From Micropruina sp. (GTDB taxonomy: Bacteria; Actinomycetota; Actinomycetes; Propionibacteriales; Propionibacteriaceae): a stretch of 64,000 nucleotides of DNA. Shown piece by piece: positions 36,258 to 47,184 of this stretch (positions are counted from its first letter, which is position 1; every line of letters begins with the position of its first letter). A program made the position numbers and the translations under genes. The stretch spans positions 692,360 through 756,359 of the forward strand of contig NZ_JASGHL010000001.1 in assembly GCF_047602385.1 (NCBI RefSeq). The letters run 5' to 3'. The notes beneath the pieces are model-generated. The model made no database searches, was not told the DNA's origin, and worked only from the letters and a program-made list of their open reading frames with translations.

Positions 36258-37613
36258 ATGTCTCTCGGACTCGACACCCCTGTCTCGCTCGGCGGGCCCA
36301 CGCTGGAGCAGCGCCGCCGCCTCGTCACCTCGATTCCAGGACCCCGTTCTGAGCAGCTGCTGGCCCGCAAGGCGGCCGCGGTCGCCGCCGGGGTCGGACA
36401 CACCGTGCCCATCGAGGCGGTCGCCGCCGGCGGCGGCGTGGTCGTCGACGCCGACGGCAACTCGCTGATCGACCTGGGTTCCGGCATCGCGGTCACCACC
36501 CTCGGCAACGCACACCCCAAGGTCGTCGCGGCGATCGCCGCACAGGCCGCGCAGTTCACCCACACCTGCTTCATGATCTCGCCGTACGAGGGCTACGTCG
36601 CGGTCGCCGAGGCGCTCAACCGGCTGACCCCGGGTGATTTCGAGAAGCGCAGCGCGTTGTTCAACTCGGGTGCCGAGGCGGTCGAGAACGCGGTCAAGAT
36701 CGCCCGCAAATTCACCGGGCGGCAGGCTGTGGTGGCTTTCGATCACGCCTACCACGGCCGCACCAACCTGACCATGGGGCTGACCGCGAAGTCGATGCCC
36801 TACAAGAGCGGCTTCGGCCCGTTCGCCGCCGAGATCTACCGGGCGCCGATGTCGTACCCGTACCGGGACGGCCTGACCGGTGCCGAGGCGGCGTCCCGAG
36901 CGATCTCGCTGATGGAGAAGCAGATCGGCGCCGACAACCTCGCCGCGGTGATCATCGAACCGATCCAGGGCGAGGGCGGCTTCATCGTGCCGGCCGACGG
37001 CTTCCTGCCGGCGATCGTGGACTGGTGCCGGGCCAACGGTGTGGTCTTCGTCGCCGACGAGGTGCAGTCCGGGTTCGGTCGCACCGGGGTGATGTTCGCC
37101 AGCGAGCTGTTCGGCATCGTCCCCGACCTGGTCGCCACCGCGAAGGGCATCGCCGGCGGCATGCCGCTGGCCGGGGTGACCGGCCGCGCCGAGATCATGG
37201 ACGCCCCGCACACCGGCGGACTGGGCGGCACCTACGGCGGCAACCCGGTCGCCTGTGCCGCGGCGCTGGCCGCGATCGAGGCCTTCGAGACCGAGGGGCT
37301 GCTGGAGCGCGCCCTCGAGATCGGGACGCTGCTGCGTTCCCGGCTGACCGAGTTGCAGGCGTCCGATCCACGGATCGGCGACGTCCGCGGGCACGGCGCG
37401 ATGATGGCGATGGAGTTCGCCGACCCGGTCACCCAGGCTCCGGACGCCGCCCTGACCGCCGCCGTCGCCCGGGCCGCGATCGCCGAGGGCGTGATCGTGC
37501 TGACCTGCGGCACTTACGGCAACGTGATCCGGTTCCTGCCGCCGCTGACCATCTCGGACGAACTGCTGCACGAGGGCCTCGACATCGTCGCCGCCGCGCT
37601 CGCCGCGAACTGA
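36258..37613 (+). CDS. gabT: 4-aminobutyrate aminotransferase
   Basis: IDLGSGIAV, FNSGAEAVENA, YHGRT, EPIQGEGG, DEVQSGFGRTG, TAKGIAGG, GGTYGGNP. Confidence 0.95.
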   Translation: MSLGLDTPVSLGGPTLEQRRRLVTSIPGPRSEQLLARKAAAVAAGVGHTVPIEAVAAGGGVVVDADGNSLIDLGSGIAVTTLGNAHPKVVAAIAAQAAQFTHTCFMISPYEGYVAVAEALNRLTPGDFEKRSALFNSGAEAVENAVKIARKFTGRQAVVAFDHAYHGRTNLTMGLTAKSMPYKSGFGPFAAEIYRAPMSYPYRDGLTGAEAASRAISLMEKQIGADNLAAVIIEPIQGEGGFIVPADGFLPAIVDWCRANGVVFVADEVQSGFGRTGVMFASELFGIVPDLVATAKGIAGGMPLAGVTGRAEIMDAPHTGGLGGTYGGNPVACAAALAAIEAFETEGLLERALEIGTLLRSRLTELQASDPRIGDVRGHGAMMAMEFADPVTQAPDAALTAAVARAAIAEGVIVLTCGTYGNVIRFLPPLTISDELLHEGLDIVAAALAAN

Positions 37614-37650
37614 TCCGCAAGAGATTCAACGAAGAAGGAGAACCGCGCAA

Positions 37651-39009
37651 TTGAGTGAGATCACCCGTGACGTCGTCATCGTCGGAGCCGGCGTCGCCGG
37701 CCTGACAGCGGCCAACGAGCTGACCAAGGCCGGAGCGTCGGTGGCCGTGCTGGAAGCCCGCGACCGGATCGGCGGCCGGCTGTGGACCGACGTCATCGAC
37801 GGCGCCATGCTCGAGCTCGGTGGCCAGTGGGTCTCCCCCGACCAGGACGCCCTGATCGAAACCATCGACGAACTGGGTCTGGAGACCTACGCACGCTACC
37901 GCGAGGGCGATTCGATCTACATCGGCCCGGACGGCGCCCTGGTCCGGTTCACCGGCGACGTCTTCCCGGTGGGTCCCGACACCGCACGGGTGATCGCCGA
38001 GCTCACCGAACGCCTGGACGCGATGGTCGCCGAGATCGACCCCGACCGGCCGTGGGCACATCCGCAAGCGGCCGAATGGGATTCGATCTCCTGGGAGGCC
38101 TGGCTGCGGGCGCAGAGCGACGACGACGAAGCCGTCCGGAACCTCGCGTTCGCGACCGGCCCGGCCATGCTGACCAAGCCCACCCACGCCTTCTCGCTGC
38201 TGCAGTCCCTGCTGATGGCGGCCTCGGCGGGCAGCTACTCGCACCTGGTCGATGCCGATTTCATCCTGGACAAACGGGTCGTCGGCGGGCTTCAGCGGGT
38301 GCCGCTGGCGCTGGCCGAACGGCTGGGCGATGACGTGTTCCTGGGCCGGCCGGTGCGCACCCTGGAATGGGGTGACACGGGAGTGACGGCGATCGCCGAG
38401 GGCATCACCGTGCATGCCCGGCGGGCGATCCTGGCGCTGGCACCGGTGCTCTACCCGCGGATCTCGTTCGTGCCGCCGCTGCCGCGGCTGCAGCACCAGA
38501 TGCACCAGCACCTCTCGATGGGTTTCGTGATCAAGGTGCACGCCGTCTACGAACGTCCGTTCTGGCGTGAGCAAGGCCTCTCCGGCACCGCGTTCAGCCC
38601 CTATGAGCTCTCTCATGAGGCCTACGACAACACCAACCACGGCGACGAGCGCGGCACCCTGGTCGGCTTCGTCTCCGACCGGAACGCCGACGACCTGTTC
38701 CGGCTGAGCGCCGAGGAGCGCAAGCAGCGCATCCTGGAATCGCTCTCGCACTACTACGGGCCGCAAGCCCTCGACCCGGTCGTCTACTACGAGAGCGACT
38801 GGGGCAGCGAGGAGTGGACGCGCGGCGCCTACGCCGCCAGCTTCGACCTCGGCGGCCTGCACCGCTACGGCGCCGAGCTGCGCAGCCCGGTCGGCCCGAT
38901 CCGGTTCGCCTGCAGCGACCTGGCCGGGGCCGGCTACCAGCACGTCGACGGCGCCATCCGGATGGGTCGCCTGGCCGCCCAGCAGATCCTTCAGGAGAAC
39001 CACGCATGA
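37651..39009 (+). CDS. puo: Putrescine oxidase (flavin monoamine oxidase family)
   Basis: GAGVAG, LEARDRIGGR, ELGGQW, HEAYDNTN, SDWGSEEWTRGAY, YQHVDGA, as recalled for actinobacterial PuO; TTG start after AAGGAG. Confidence 0.88.
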   Translation: MSEITRDVVIVGAGVAGLTAANELTKAGASVAVLEARDRIGGRLWTDVIDGAMLELGGQWVSPDQDALIETIDELGLETYARYREGDSIYIGPDGALVRFTGDVFPVGPDTARVIAELTERLDAMVAEIDPDRPWAHPQAAEWDSISWEAWLRAQSDDDEAVRNLAFATGPAMLTKPTHAFSLLQSLLMAASAGSYSHLVDADFILDKRVVGGLQRVPLALAERLGDDVFLGRPVRTLEWGDTGVTAIAEGITVHARRAILALAPVLYPRISFVPPLPRLQHQMHQHLSMGFVIKVHAVYERPFWREQGLSGTAFSPYELSHEAYDNTNHGDERGTLVGFVSDRNADDLFRLSAEERKQRILESLSHYYGPQALDPVVYYESDWGSEEWTRGAYAASFDLGGLHRYGAELRSPVGPIRFACSDLAGAGYQHVDGAIRMGRLAAQQILQENHA

Positions 39010-39893
39010 ACCCACCCATCGTCGTCGGCTACACCGCCACCAAACGAGGCCGGGACGCCGTCGCGTTCGCCGCCCGGCTGGCCGCCGCCACCTCGGCTTC
39101 GCTGGAGGTCGCCGTCGTTCTGCCCGCCCAGGGCCGCAGCGTCATCACTCCCCCGGACGCCGCCTACGAGCGGCACCTGCACGCCCTGGCGGAGCAATGG
39201 CTCGCCGAGGCGATCGGCCAGCTCCCCGGCAGCGTCACCGCGCGGCCGCAGATCCGTCCGGCCGACTCCTTCGCCGAAGGACTGATCGAACTGGCCCATG
39301 AGCGCGGCGCGAGCCACATCGTGGTCGGTGCCGGGGGCGGCGGCCTGCGCGGCCGGCACCGGCTGGGCACGACCAGCACCGAGCTTGTCTACTCCTCCGA
39401 TGTTCCGGTCGTGCTGGTGCCGCGCGGCGCCCGCAAGCTGGCCGCCGACACTCCGATCACCCGGCTCACCGTCGCGGTCAGCCCGCGTCCGACCGGCGAC
39501 ACGGTGGCGGCGGACGCGGCGGCGCTGGCGTCCGCCACCGGGGTGCCGATCCGGTTGCTGTCGCTGCTGGCGGTCGACCTGCCGGCCTCGGCCGACACCG
39601 CCGCGAGCCGGCTGGCCCACTCGACGCAGGCGAGCGAGGTGCTCGCCGCGACCAACACCGTGCTGCCCGAAGGCATGGTCGCCGAGGTGGTCGTCGCGGA
39701 CGGCGACAGCATCGAAGCCGCGGTCGCCGACCTGGACTGGCAGCCCGGCGAGATGCTGCTGGCGGGATCGGGCCGGCTGGCCCAGCCGCGCCGGCTGTTC
39801 CTCGGCTCCACCGTCGCCAAGATGCTCCACGAAGTCCCCGTCCCGGTGGTCGTCGTGCCCCGTGACCGCCACCACGAAGGAGCCGGCGCATGA
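39006..39893 (+). CDS. Tandem-domain universal stress protein
   Basis: IVVGY, HIVVGAGGGG...LGTTS...VPVVLVP and LLAGSGR...LGSTVAK...VPVVVVP; ATGA overlaps on both sides. Confidence 0.92.
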   Translation: MNPPIVVGYTATKRGRDAVAFAARLAAATSASLEVAVVLPAQGRSVITPPDAAYERHLHALAEQWLAEAIGQLPGSVTARPQIRPADSFAEGLIELAHERGASHIVVGAGGGGLRGRHRLGTTSTELVYSSDVPVVLVPRGARKLAADTPITRLTVAVSPRPTGDTVAADAAALASATGVPIRLLSLLAVDLPASADTAASRLAHSTQASEVLAATNTVLPEGMVAEVVVADGDSIEAAVADLDWQPGEMLLAGSGRLAQPRRLFLGSTVAKMLHEVPVPVVVVPRDRHHEGAGA

Positions 39894-41434
39894 CCAACGA
39901 GACTTCCACCACCCCCGACTCCGCCGACCACGGACTTTCCCAGAAGGGCCTCAGTGCCGGCAGCGTCGGACTGATCGGTGCCGTCGTGATCGGCATCTCG
40001 TGCATCGCGCCGGCCTACACGTTCACCGCGGCGGTCGGACCCACCGCGTCCGTGGTCGGCCTGCAGGTGCCGGCGGTGATCCTGGTCGGTTTCCTGCCGA
40101 TGTTGCTGGTCGCCTTCGGCTACCGCGAACTCAACCGCGAGATGCCCGATTCGGGCACCTCGTTCACCTGGGCCACCCGGGCTTTCGGCCCGTGGATCGG
40201 CTGGATGGCGGGCTGGGGCCTGGTGGCGGCGACGATCCTGGTGCTGTCGAACCTGGCCGGCATCGCGGTGGAGTTCCTGTTCCTGCTGATCTCGCAGCTG
40301 ACCGGAAACGAATCCATCGCCGACCTCGCCGGTGTCACCTGGATCAACATCGTGGTCTGCCTGCTGTTCATGCTGGGCGCCACCACCATCTCCTACCGCG
40401 ACATGCAGACCACCCAGAAGCTGCAGTACTTCCTGGTCAGCTTCCAGATGATCGTGCTGCTGTTCTTCGCGATCACCACGATCGTCCAGGCAGTCAACGG
40501 GGGCGCTTTCGACTACACGGCCTTCCAGTTCTCCTGGTTCAACCCGTTCGAACTGAGTTCGTTCAGCACCTTCGCGGCCGGCTTGTCGCTGTCGATCTTC
40601 ATCTTCTGGGGCTGGGACGTCACCCTCACCATGAACGAGGAGACCAAGGACCCGGAGAAGACGCCCGGACGTGCCGCCACCGTCACCGTGTTCACCATCG
40701 TCAGCCTCTACCTGCTGCTCGCGGTGGCGATGATCATGTACTCCGGCGTCGGCGACGGCGAACTCGGCCTGGGCAACGTCGAGATCCAGGAGAACGTGTT
40801 CTTCCACCTGTCCGGGCCGATCCTGGGACCGCTGGCCTTCCTGGTCTCGCTGGCGGTGCTGACCAGTTCGGCGTCCTCGCTGCAGTCGACCTTCGTGTCG
40901 CCGGCCCGGACGCTGCTCGCGATGGGCCACTACGGCGCCTTGTCGCCGAAGTTCGCCGCGGTCAGCCCGCGCTTCTTCACCCCCGGCTACGCGACCATCG
41001 CCTCGTCGATCGTCGCTTCGGGGTTCTACGTGGTGATGCGGGTGCTCAGCGAGGACGCGCTGTGGGACACGATCACCGCGCTGGGCATGATGATCTGCTT
41101 CTACTACGGGCTGACCGCATTCGCCTGCGTGTGGTACTTCCGCAAGCAGTGGTTCGACTCGGCCCGGTTGTTCTTCTTCACCCTGTTCTGCCCGCTGATC
41201 GGCGGGGTGATCCTGCTGGTGCTGTTCTTCACCACGCTCAAGGACTCGATGGATCCGGCCTACGGCAGCGGATCGAACGTCGGCGGCATCGGCCTGGTCT
41301 TCATCCTCGGCGTGGCGGTGATCCTGGTGGGGGTGGTCGTGATGATCTGGCAGTCGATCAAGCGTCCGGCGTTCTTCCGCGGCCAGACCCTGTCGATGGA
41401 CGCCCCCGAGAGCCTGCGAAAGGTACGTCGATGA
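39890..41434 (+). CDS. APC family amino acid/polyamine permease
   Basis: [35 protein letters not shown]; about 12 TM segments. Confidence 0.92.
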   Translation: MTNETSTTPDSADHGLSQKGLSAGSVGLIGAVVIGISCIAPAYTFTAAVGPTASVVGLQVPAVILVGFLPMLLVAFGYRELNREMPDSGTSFTWATRAFGPWIGWMAGWGLVAATILVLSNLAGIAVEFLFLLISQLTGNESIADLAGVTWINIVVCLLFMLGATTISYRDMQTTQKLQYFLVSFQMIVLLFFAITTIVQAVNGGAFDYTAFQFSWFNPFELSSFSTFAAGLSLSIFIFWGWDVTLTMNEETKDPEKTPGRAATVTVFTIVSLYLLLAVAMIMYSGVGDGELGLGNVEIQENVFFHLSGPILGPLAFLVSLAVLTSSASSLQSTFVSPARTLLAMGHYGALSPKFAAVSPRFFTPGYATIASSIVASGFYVVMRVLSEDALWDTITALGMMICFYYGLTAFACVWYFRKQWFDSARLFFFTLFCPLIGGVILLVLFFTTLKDSMDPAYGSGSNVGGIGLVFILGVAVILVGVVVMIWQSIKRPAFFRGQTLSMDAPESLRKVRR

Positions 41435-42894
41435 CCAACAACGAGACCGAACTGCTCGCCCAAGTGCCGACCGGGTTGTTCATCGGTGGCGAATGGGTCG
41501 ATGCCGAGGGCGGCCGGACGTTGCCGGTGCGCGACCCGGCCACCGGCCAGGTGCTGATCGGGATCGCCGACGCCTCGCCCGGCGACGCGCTGCGGGCCTT
41601 GGACGCCGCCGTCGCCGCGCAGGAGTCCTGGGCGGCCACCGCGCCGCGCCGGCGCAGCGACATTCTGCGCGGAGCGTTCGACCTGGTCCGCGAGCACGCC
41701 GACGACCTGGCCCTGCTGATGACCCTGGAGATGGGCAAGCCGCTGGCCGAGGCCCGCGGCGAGGTGACCTACGGCGGCGAGTTCCTGCGCTGGTTCAGCG
41801 AAGAGGCGGTGCGGATCTCCGGCCGCTACGGACTGAACCCCGAAGGCACCGGACGGATGATCGTCTCGCAGCGCCCGGTCGGGCCGTGCCTGTTCGTCAC
41901 CCCGTGGAACTTCCCGCTGGCGATGGCCACCCGCAAGATCGCGCCCGCGCTGGCGGCCGGCTGCACCGTGGTGATCAAGCCGGCCGAACTGACCCCGCTG
42001 ACCACGCTCTACTTCGCGAAGCTGCTGGTCGAGGCGGGGCTTCCCGCCGGGGTGGTGAACGTCTACACCACCAGCCGGTCGTCGGACACCTCCGGTCCGC
42101 TGATCACCGACCCGCGGCTGCGGAAGCTGTCGTTCACCGGCTCCACCGAGGTCGGACGCCGCCTGCTCGCCCAGGCCGCGGACCGCGTCCTGCGGGTGTC
42201 GATGGAGTTGGGTGGCAATGCGCCGTTCCTGGTCTTCGAGGACGCCGACCTCGACAAGGCGGTCGAGGGTGCGATGCTGGCCAAATTCCGCAACATCGGC
42301 CAGGCCTGCACGGCCGCCAACCGGTTCTTGGTGCACGAGTCGGTCGCGGACGAGTTCGCCCGCCGGATCACCGCCCGGGTCGCCGAGCTGAAGGTCGGCC
42401 GCGGTACCGAGGACGGCGTCCAGATCGGACCGCTGATCGACGACCGGGCGGTCGCGAAGGCCGACGAACTGGTTCAGGACGCCGTCAACCGGGGCGCCAC
42501 ATTGCTCACCGGAGGCACCGCCGTGGACGGCCCCGGCACCTTCTTCGAGCCGACGGTGGTCGCCGGCGTCCAAGACGGCAGCGCGATCCTGCGCGAGGAG
42601 ATCTTCGGGCCGGTGCTGGCGATCGCCACCTTCGCCGACGAGGACGAGGCCGTCCGGCTGGCCAACGACACCGACTTCGGCCTGGTGTCCTACGCCTTCA
42701 CCCGCGACCTGGCCCGCGGCCACCGGCTGATCGACCGGTTGGAGACCGGCATGCTGGGCCTCAACGTCGGGGTGGTCTCCAACGCGGCGGCCCCGTTCGG
42801 CGGGGTCAAGCAGTCCGGCATCGGCCGCGAGGGCGGCCTCGAAGGCATCCACGAATACCTGTCCACCAAGTACACGCTGATCCCCGCCGACTGA
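41431..42894 (+). CDS. gabD: Succinate-semialdehyde dehydrogenase (GabD type)
   Basis: [55 protein letters not shown]. Confidence 0.9.
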   Translation: MTNNETELLAQVPTGLFIGGEWVDAEGGRTLPVRDPATGQVLIGIADASPGDALRALDAAVAAQESWAATAPRRRSDILRGAFDLVREHADDLALLMTLEMGKPLAEARGEVTYGGEFLRWFSEEAVRISGRYGLNPEGTGRMIVSQRPVGPCLFVTPWNFPLAMATRKIAPALAAGCTVVIKPAELTPLTTLYFAKLLVEAGLPAGVVNVYTTSRSSDTSGPLITDPRLRKLSFTGSTEVGRRLLAQAADRVLRVSMELGGNAPFLVFEDADLDKAVEGAMLAKFRNIGQACTAANRFLVHESVADEFARRITARVAELKVGRGTEDGVQIGPLIDDRAVAKADELVQDAVNRGATLLTGGTAVDGPGTFFEPTVVAGVQDGSAILREEIFGPVLAIATFADEDEAVRLANDTDFGLVSYAFTRDLARGHRLIDRLETGMLGLNVGVVSNAAAPFGGVKQSGIGREGGLEGIHEYLSTKYTLIPAD

Positions 42895-42915
42895 GCGGGA
42901 ACGAAGGGACGTTCC

Positions 42916-44283
42916 ATGAGCGACTACACCGTCGTCAACCCGGCCACCGGGGAGACCCTGGCCCGTTATCCAGGCTCGACCGACGCCGAGGTCGAAGCCG
43001 CCCTCGCCGCCGCGGACGCCGCCTACCGCGACTGGGGACGCAACTCCACCCCCGCCGAGCGGGCCGAGGCGTTGCGGGCGGTGGCCCGGCTGCACCGCGA
43101 GCGCCGCGACGAGCTGGCCGCGATCATCGTCCGGGAGATGGGCAAGCCGTTGGAGGCGGCGCTCGGCGAGGTCGATTTCGCCGCCGACATCACCGAGTAC
43201 AACGCCGACCACGTCGACGACTTCACCGCCGATCAGCCGCTGTCGATCGACGGCGACGGCACCGCGCTGATCCGCCGCTCGCCGCTGGGCGTGCTGCTCG
43301 GCATCATGCCGTGGAACTTCCCCTACTACCAGGTGGCCCGGTTCGCGGCGCCGAACCTGGCGGTCGGCAACACCATCCTGCTCAAGCACGCCCCGCAGTG
43401 CCCCGAGTCGGCGGCCGCGATCGCGTCCATCTACGCCGACGCGGGCTTCCCGGACGGCGCCTACGCCGACCTGCGGCTGACCAACGACCAGGCCGCCGCC
43501 GTCATCGCCGACCCGCGGGTCCAAGGCGTGTCGGTCACCGGCTCGGAGCGGGCCGGCGCGGCGGTCGCCGAGGTCGCCGGCCGCAACCTGAAGAAGGTCG
43601 CCCTCGAACTCGGCGGCTCCGACCCGTTCATCCTGCTCAGCACCGACGACCTGGACGCCACCGCGCAGGCCGCCGTCGACGCCCGGCTGGACAACACCGG
43701 CCAGTCCTGCAACGCGGCGAAGCGGTTCATCGTGGTGGACGGCCTCTACGACGCGTTCCTGGAGAAGTTCGCCGCCGGGATGGCGGCAGCGACGCTTGGC
43801 GACCCGTTCGCCGAGGACACCGTGCTCGGCCCGCTGTCCTCGTTGGCCGCCGCCGAACGGCTGGAGAAGCAGGTGGACGCCGCTCTCGCCCAGGGCGCAA
43901 CCCGGGTGGTCGGCGGCGACCGGGACGGCGCGTTCTTCCCGGCGACGGTGCTGACCGGCGTCACCCCCGAGATGGACGCCTACCGCGAGGAGTTCTTCGG
44001 CCCGGTCGGCGTGGTCTACCGGGTCGCCGACGAGGACGAGGCCGTCCAGGTCGCCAACGCCACCCCGTTCGGCCTCGGCTCGTACGTGTTCACCACCGAC
44101 GCCGAACAGGCCGAGCGGGTCGCGAACAAGATCGAAGCCGGCATGGTGTACGTGAACCTGGTGCTGGCTGACGAGCCGGCGCTGCCGTTCGGCGGTGTCA
44201 AGCGCAGCGGCACCGGACGCGAGCTGGGCCTGCTGGCCGCCGACGAGTTCGTCAACAAGAAGCTGATCCGGGTCGGCGCCTGA
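42916..44283 (+). CDS. Second aldehyde dehydrogenase (Sad/GabD1-like)
   Basis: [54 protein letters not shown]. Confidence 0.88.
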   Translation: MSDYTVVNPATGETLARYPGSTDAEVEAALAAADAAYRDWGRNSTPAERAEALRAVARLHRERRDELAAIIVREMGKPLEAALGEVDFAADITEYNADHVDDFTADQPLSIDGDGTALIRRSPLGVLLGIMPWNFPYYQVARFAAPNLAVGNTILLKHAPQCPESAAAIASIYADAGFPDGAYADLRLTNDQAAAVIADPRVQGVSVTGSERAGAAVAEVAGRNLKKVALELGGSDPFILLSTDDLDATAQAAVDARLDNTGQSCNAAKRFIVVDGLYDAFLEKFAAGMAAATLGDPFAEDTVLGPLSSLAAAERLEKQVDAALAQGATRVVGGDRDGAFFPATVLTGVTPEMDAYREEFFGPVGVVYRVADEDEAVQVANATPFGLGSYVFTTDAEQAERVANKIEAGMVYVNLVLADEPALPFGGVKRSGTGRELGLLAADEFVNKKLIRVGA

Positions 44284-44293
44284 CCCCAAGAAC

Positions 44294-44351
44294 CCCTCCC
44301 TAACTATCTCTGCCCTCCCACCTGTGGGAGGGCAGAGATAGTTAGGGAGGG
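44294..44351. repeat. Perfect 28-bp inverted repeat with 2-nt spacer (terminator, cruciform or MITE-like)
   Basis: CCCTCCCTAACTATCTCTGCCCTCCCAC (44294-44321) CT GTGGGAGGGCAGAGATAGTTAGGGAGGG (44324-44351); TTTT at 44355-44358. Confidence 0.95.
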
Positions 44352-44370
44352 CCCTTTTGGTCGGCGGTGG

Positions 44371-46056
44371 TCAGGCTGGCCAGAGGTCGACGACGAATAC
44401 CTCGATGCCGCGCACGACCTTGCCGGTGCGGTCGTAATGCTCGGTGGCGTAGTCGTCCAGGGACAGTCCGCGGGTGCTCCGGTAGCCGACGGCTACCCGC
44501 ACCAGGTAGCGCCCGCCGGCCGCCTCGGGCAGCGTCACCGTCTTCTTCCCGGGCAGGCCGTCGATGCTCCATACCCGCAGGTCTCGGTCGTCGAGGGTGA
44601 TCGGCCAGACGCCCAAGGTCTCCATCAGGACCTCGCCGGGACTCTCCACCGGGGGCGGTTCCGCGAGATAGGCGCTGACCTGAACCTCGGGCGCATGCAG
44701 GTCCGCCGCCGACTCGAGATCGATCCGGCCGAGCTGAATGCGCACCGGGCCGTACTGCTCGGGCTCTTCGTCGGCGTAGCTTGCGTCGTCGGTGGCGATC
44801 ACGATGGTCCGATAGCTGGCGTCCACCTTGCGTTCGATGAGCCGGGCGACCGGGCTGACCGAATCAGCGGACGGAGCATCGGGCCGAACCCGCGCCGAAC
44901 CGCCACCGCCCCGCCGGGAGCCACTCGGTACGGACGCCGGCCAGAGATCGACGATGAACCGCTCCCATCCGGTGAGCGGCTCACCGACCTGGCGGTGTTC
45001 GCGAAGCCGCTCCGCCAGGGTGGCGCCACCCAGGTCCGGATAGCTGGCCACGACCCGCAGCCAGTACCTGCCGTCCGGTGTCTTGGGCAGCCGCAGTCGC
45101 GGTCCTCGGGCCTGATAGACCGCGTCGCTCCAGAATTCGAGCGTGCGACGCTTGAAGCGCACCGGCCAGGTGCCGAGCGGCACGGTTGTCCCTTCGGCTG
45201 TCGGCTCCGATGGCGGCGGTTCGGACGTGTAGGCGCTCAGCTGGATTTCCGGCCGATGATCGTGGGCGGCCGATACCAGTCCGATCCGTCCCGGCTGAAC
45301 CCGGACCCGGCCGCGGTCGCGTCCCCAGGCGTCGCGCAGGGCCGCCCGGACACCGGCTATCTCGATCGGTCCGTAGCCGGCGCCGATCCGCTCTTCGACG
45401 ACCCGACCGTAGAGTCCGGCCGGCTCGTCCGCTTCGTCGCTCGACCACAACTCGCGGTACCCAGGCGGCCTTACCGGCTCCTCGAAGGACAACGCCCAGC
45501 TGCTGGGCAGCCGCGCCGCGAACGGGTCGGGCCAGAACTCGACCAGAAAGCGCTCGCCACCCTCCCGGCGGTCGACCGAGACCCGCAGCACGTACTGGCA
45601 TCCCCTCGAATGCGGGAGCCGCAACAGTTCGGCGTCCCCGCTTTCCAGGTCACCGCCCCACACCTCGACAGTGCGTCGCCGGAAGGTCGTCCGCCAGCTG
45701 CCCAGGGTCTCCATCGGCGCGCTGGGCCCGCGATCGACCGGCGCCGGCGGGGCGTCGTATGCCCTCAGCTCCACCTCGGGCGGGTGATCATCTCCGGTGC
45801 AGACCAGGCCCACCCGGCCACGCTGGACCCGGACGGGTCCGCGATTCTCTCCCCAGTCGTCGCGGAAAGCCGCCTCCCAGTCCTCGGCCAGCTCGATGAC
45901 TCCGTCCCGCGCGTTCAGCTCACGCTCAACCGTGTGACCCACGAGAGTCGCCGGCGGGCGACCATCGTCCATCCCGGACGACGCAGCGCCACGACCCGCG
46001 AATATGGCCGCACCCAAGCGATTCGACATGTCACGCCAATCGCTTCCGAGCATCAC
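44371..46056 (-). CDS. Hypothetical protein of three tandem homologous domains, each ending E-x-F-x-V-[ED]-[FL]-W-P
   Basis: 561-aa ORF; repeats at about 45529-45945, 44938-45414 and 44371-44850 share G[PR]VR[VI]QxGR, HxPE[VI], AYxxxPP, LGxW, LP, Yx[LV]RV; start codon uncertain. Confidence 0.8.
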   Translation of the reverse strand: MMLGSDWRDMSNRLGAAIFAGRGAASSGMDDGRPPATLVGHTVERELNARDGVIELAEDWEAAFRDDWGENRGPVRVQRGRVGLVCTGDDHPPEVELRAYDAPPAPVDRGPSAPMETLGSWRTTFRRRTVEVWGGDLESGDAELLRLPHSRGCQYVLRVSVDRREGGERFLVEFWPDPFAARLPSSWALSFEEPVRPPGYRELWSSDEADEPAGLYGRVVEERIGAGYGPIEIAGVRAALRDAWGRDRGRVRVQPGRIGLVSAAHDHRPEIQLSAYTSEPPPSEPTAEGTTVPLGTWPVRFKRRTLEFWSDAVYQARGPRLRLPKTPDGRYWLRVVASYPDLGGATLAERLREHRQVGEPLTGWERFIVDLWPASVPSGSRRGGGGSARVRPDAPSADSVSPVARLIERKVDASYRTIVIATDDASYADEEPEQYGPVRIQLGRIDLESAADLHAPEVQVSAYLAEPPPVESPGEVLMETLGVWPITLDDRDLRVWSIDGLPGKKTVTLPEAAGGRYLVRVAVGYRSTRGLSLDDYATEHYDRTGKVVRGIEVFVVDLWPA

Positions 46057-47184
46057 TCACACCTGCGCCAGCGCCTGGTCCAGATCCGCCCAGAGGTCCT
46101 CGACGTCCTCAAGTCCGACCGACAGCCGGACCAGCGAGTCCGGCACGGTCTCCGGCTCGGACGCGATCCGCCGCCGCCGCTCCAGCAGCGACTCCACCCC
46201 GCCCAGGCTGGTCGCCGGCACCCACAGCTGCACTCCGTGCACCAGGCGCTCGGCGGCGTCGATCCCCCCGACCGGCTCCAGTGCGAGCATGGCGCCGAAG
46301 CCGCGCATCTGCCGGCGGGCCAGGTCGTGACCGGGGTCGTCGACCAGCCCCGGATAGCGCACCCGGTCAATCGCCGGATGCGCGTTCAGCCGCTCGGCGA
46401 GCACCCCGGCGGTGGCCTGCTGGCGCTCTAGCCGGACCGACAGCGTCCGCAGGCCCCGCAACACCAGCCAGGCCTCCATCGGGCCGAGAATCGACCCCTG
46501 CATGGTGCGATACGACTGCAGCCGGTTCAGCAACTCCTCGTCGCGGGTCACCAGCGCCCCGGCAACGACGTCGGAGTGACCGGAGAGGTACTTGGTCGCC
46601 GAATGCAGCACCACCGAGGCGCCCAGATCGAGCGGATTCTGCAGCAGCGGGGTGGCGAAGGTGTTGTCGACGCCGATCCGGACGCCGGACGCCGCGGCAC
46701 CCTCGGCGAGGGTGACCAGGTCGGCGACCTGCAGCAGCGGATTGGTCGGCGACTCCAGGATCAGCCAATCGGCGCCGGGCAGGGCGGCCAGCACGGCGTC
46801 GGTGTCGGCGATGTCGACGGTGCTGAGCGAGATCCGGCCGGCGGCGGCCAGCTGCCGGGCCAGCGCCAGCATGGTGTTGTAGGCGCTGTCCGCCATCACC
46901 AGCCGGCCACCTGGTTCGATCAGGTCGAACAGCGCCGCGCCGGCCGCCATCCCGGAGGCGAAGCACAGCGCCGTGCCGTGCTCGAGGACGCCGATCGCGT
47001 CCTCCAGCGCGCGCCAGGTCGCGTTGTTGCTGCGGCCGTAGACGCCGATATCGGTGGCGCCGAGCGGTCCGCTGGACAGGTAGGTCGAGGTCAACTCGAT
47101 CGGTGGGCTGACCGGTGCCCCGGTCTGGTGCGCCGGGCGTCCGGCGATCACCGCCCAGGTATCCGCAGACCAATCGCCGCTCAT
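46057..47184 (-). CDS. Trans-sulfuration PLP enzyme (cystathionine gamma-synthase/lyase family)
   Basis: [57 protein letters not shown]. Confidence 0.93.
   Translation of the reverse strand: MSGDWSADTWAVIAGRPAHQTGAPVSPPIELTSTYLSSGPLGATDIGVYGRSNNATWRALEDAIGVLEHGTALCFASGMAAGAALFDLIEPGGRLVMADSAYNTMLALARQLAAAGRISLSTVDIADTDAVLAALPGADWLILESPTNPLLQVADLVTLAEGAAASGVRIGVDNTFATPLLQNPLDLGASVVLHSATKYLSGHSDVVAGALVTRDEELLNRLQSYRTMQGSILGPMEAWLVLRGLRTLSVRLERQQATAGVLAERLNAHPAIDRVRYPGLVDDPGHDLARRQMRGFGAMLALEPVGGIDAAERLVHGVQLWVPATSLGGVESLLERRRRIASEPETVPDSLVRLSVGLEDVEDLWADLDQALAQV

Noticed and set aside
39298-44289. Long alternative ORFs 39298-42894(+), 41493-44171(+) and 41260-44289(-)
   Set aside because: Off-frame or antisense to the USP, permease and ALDH genes. 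The 39298 ORF is real only from ATG 41431 (gabD).
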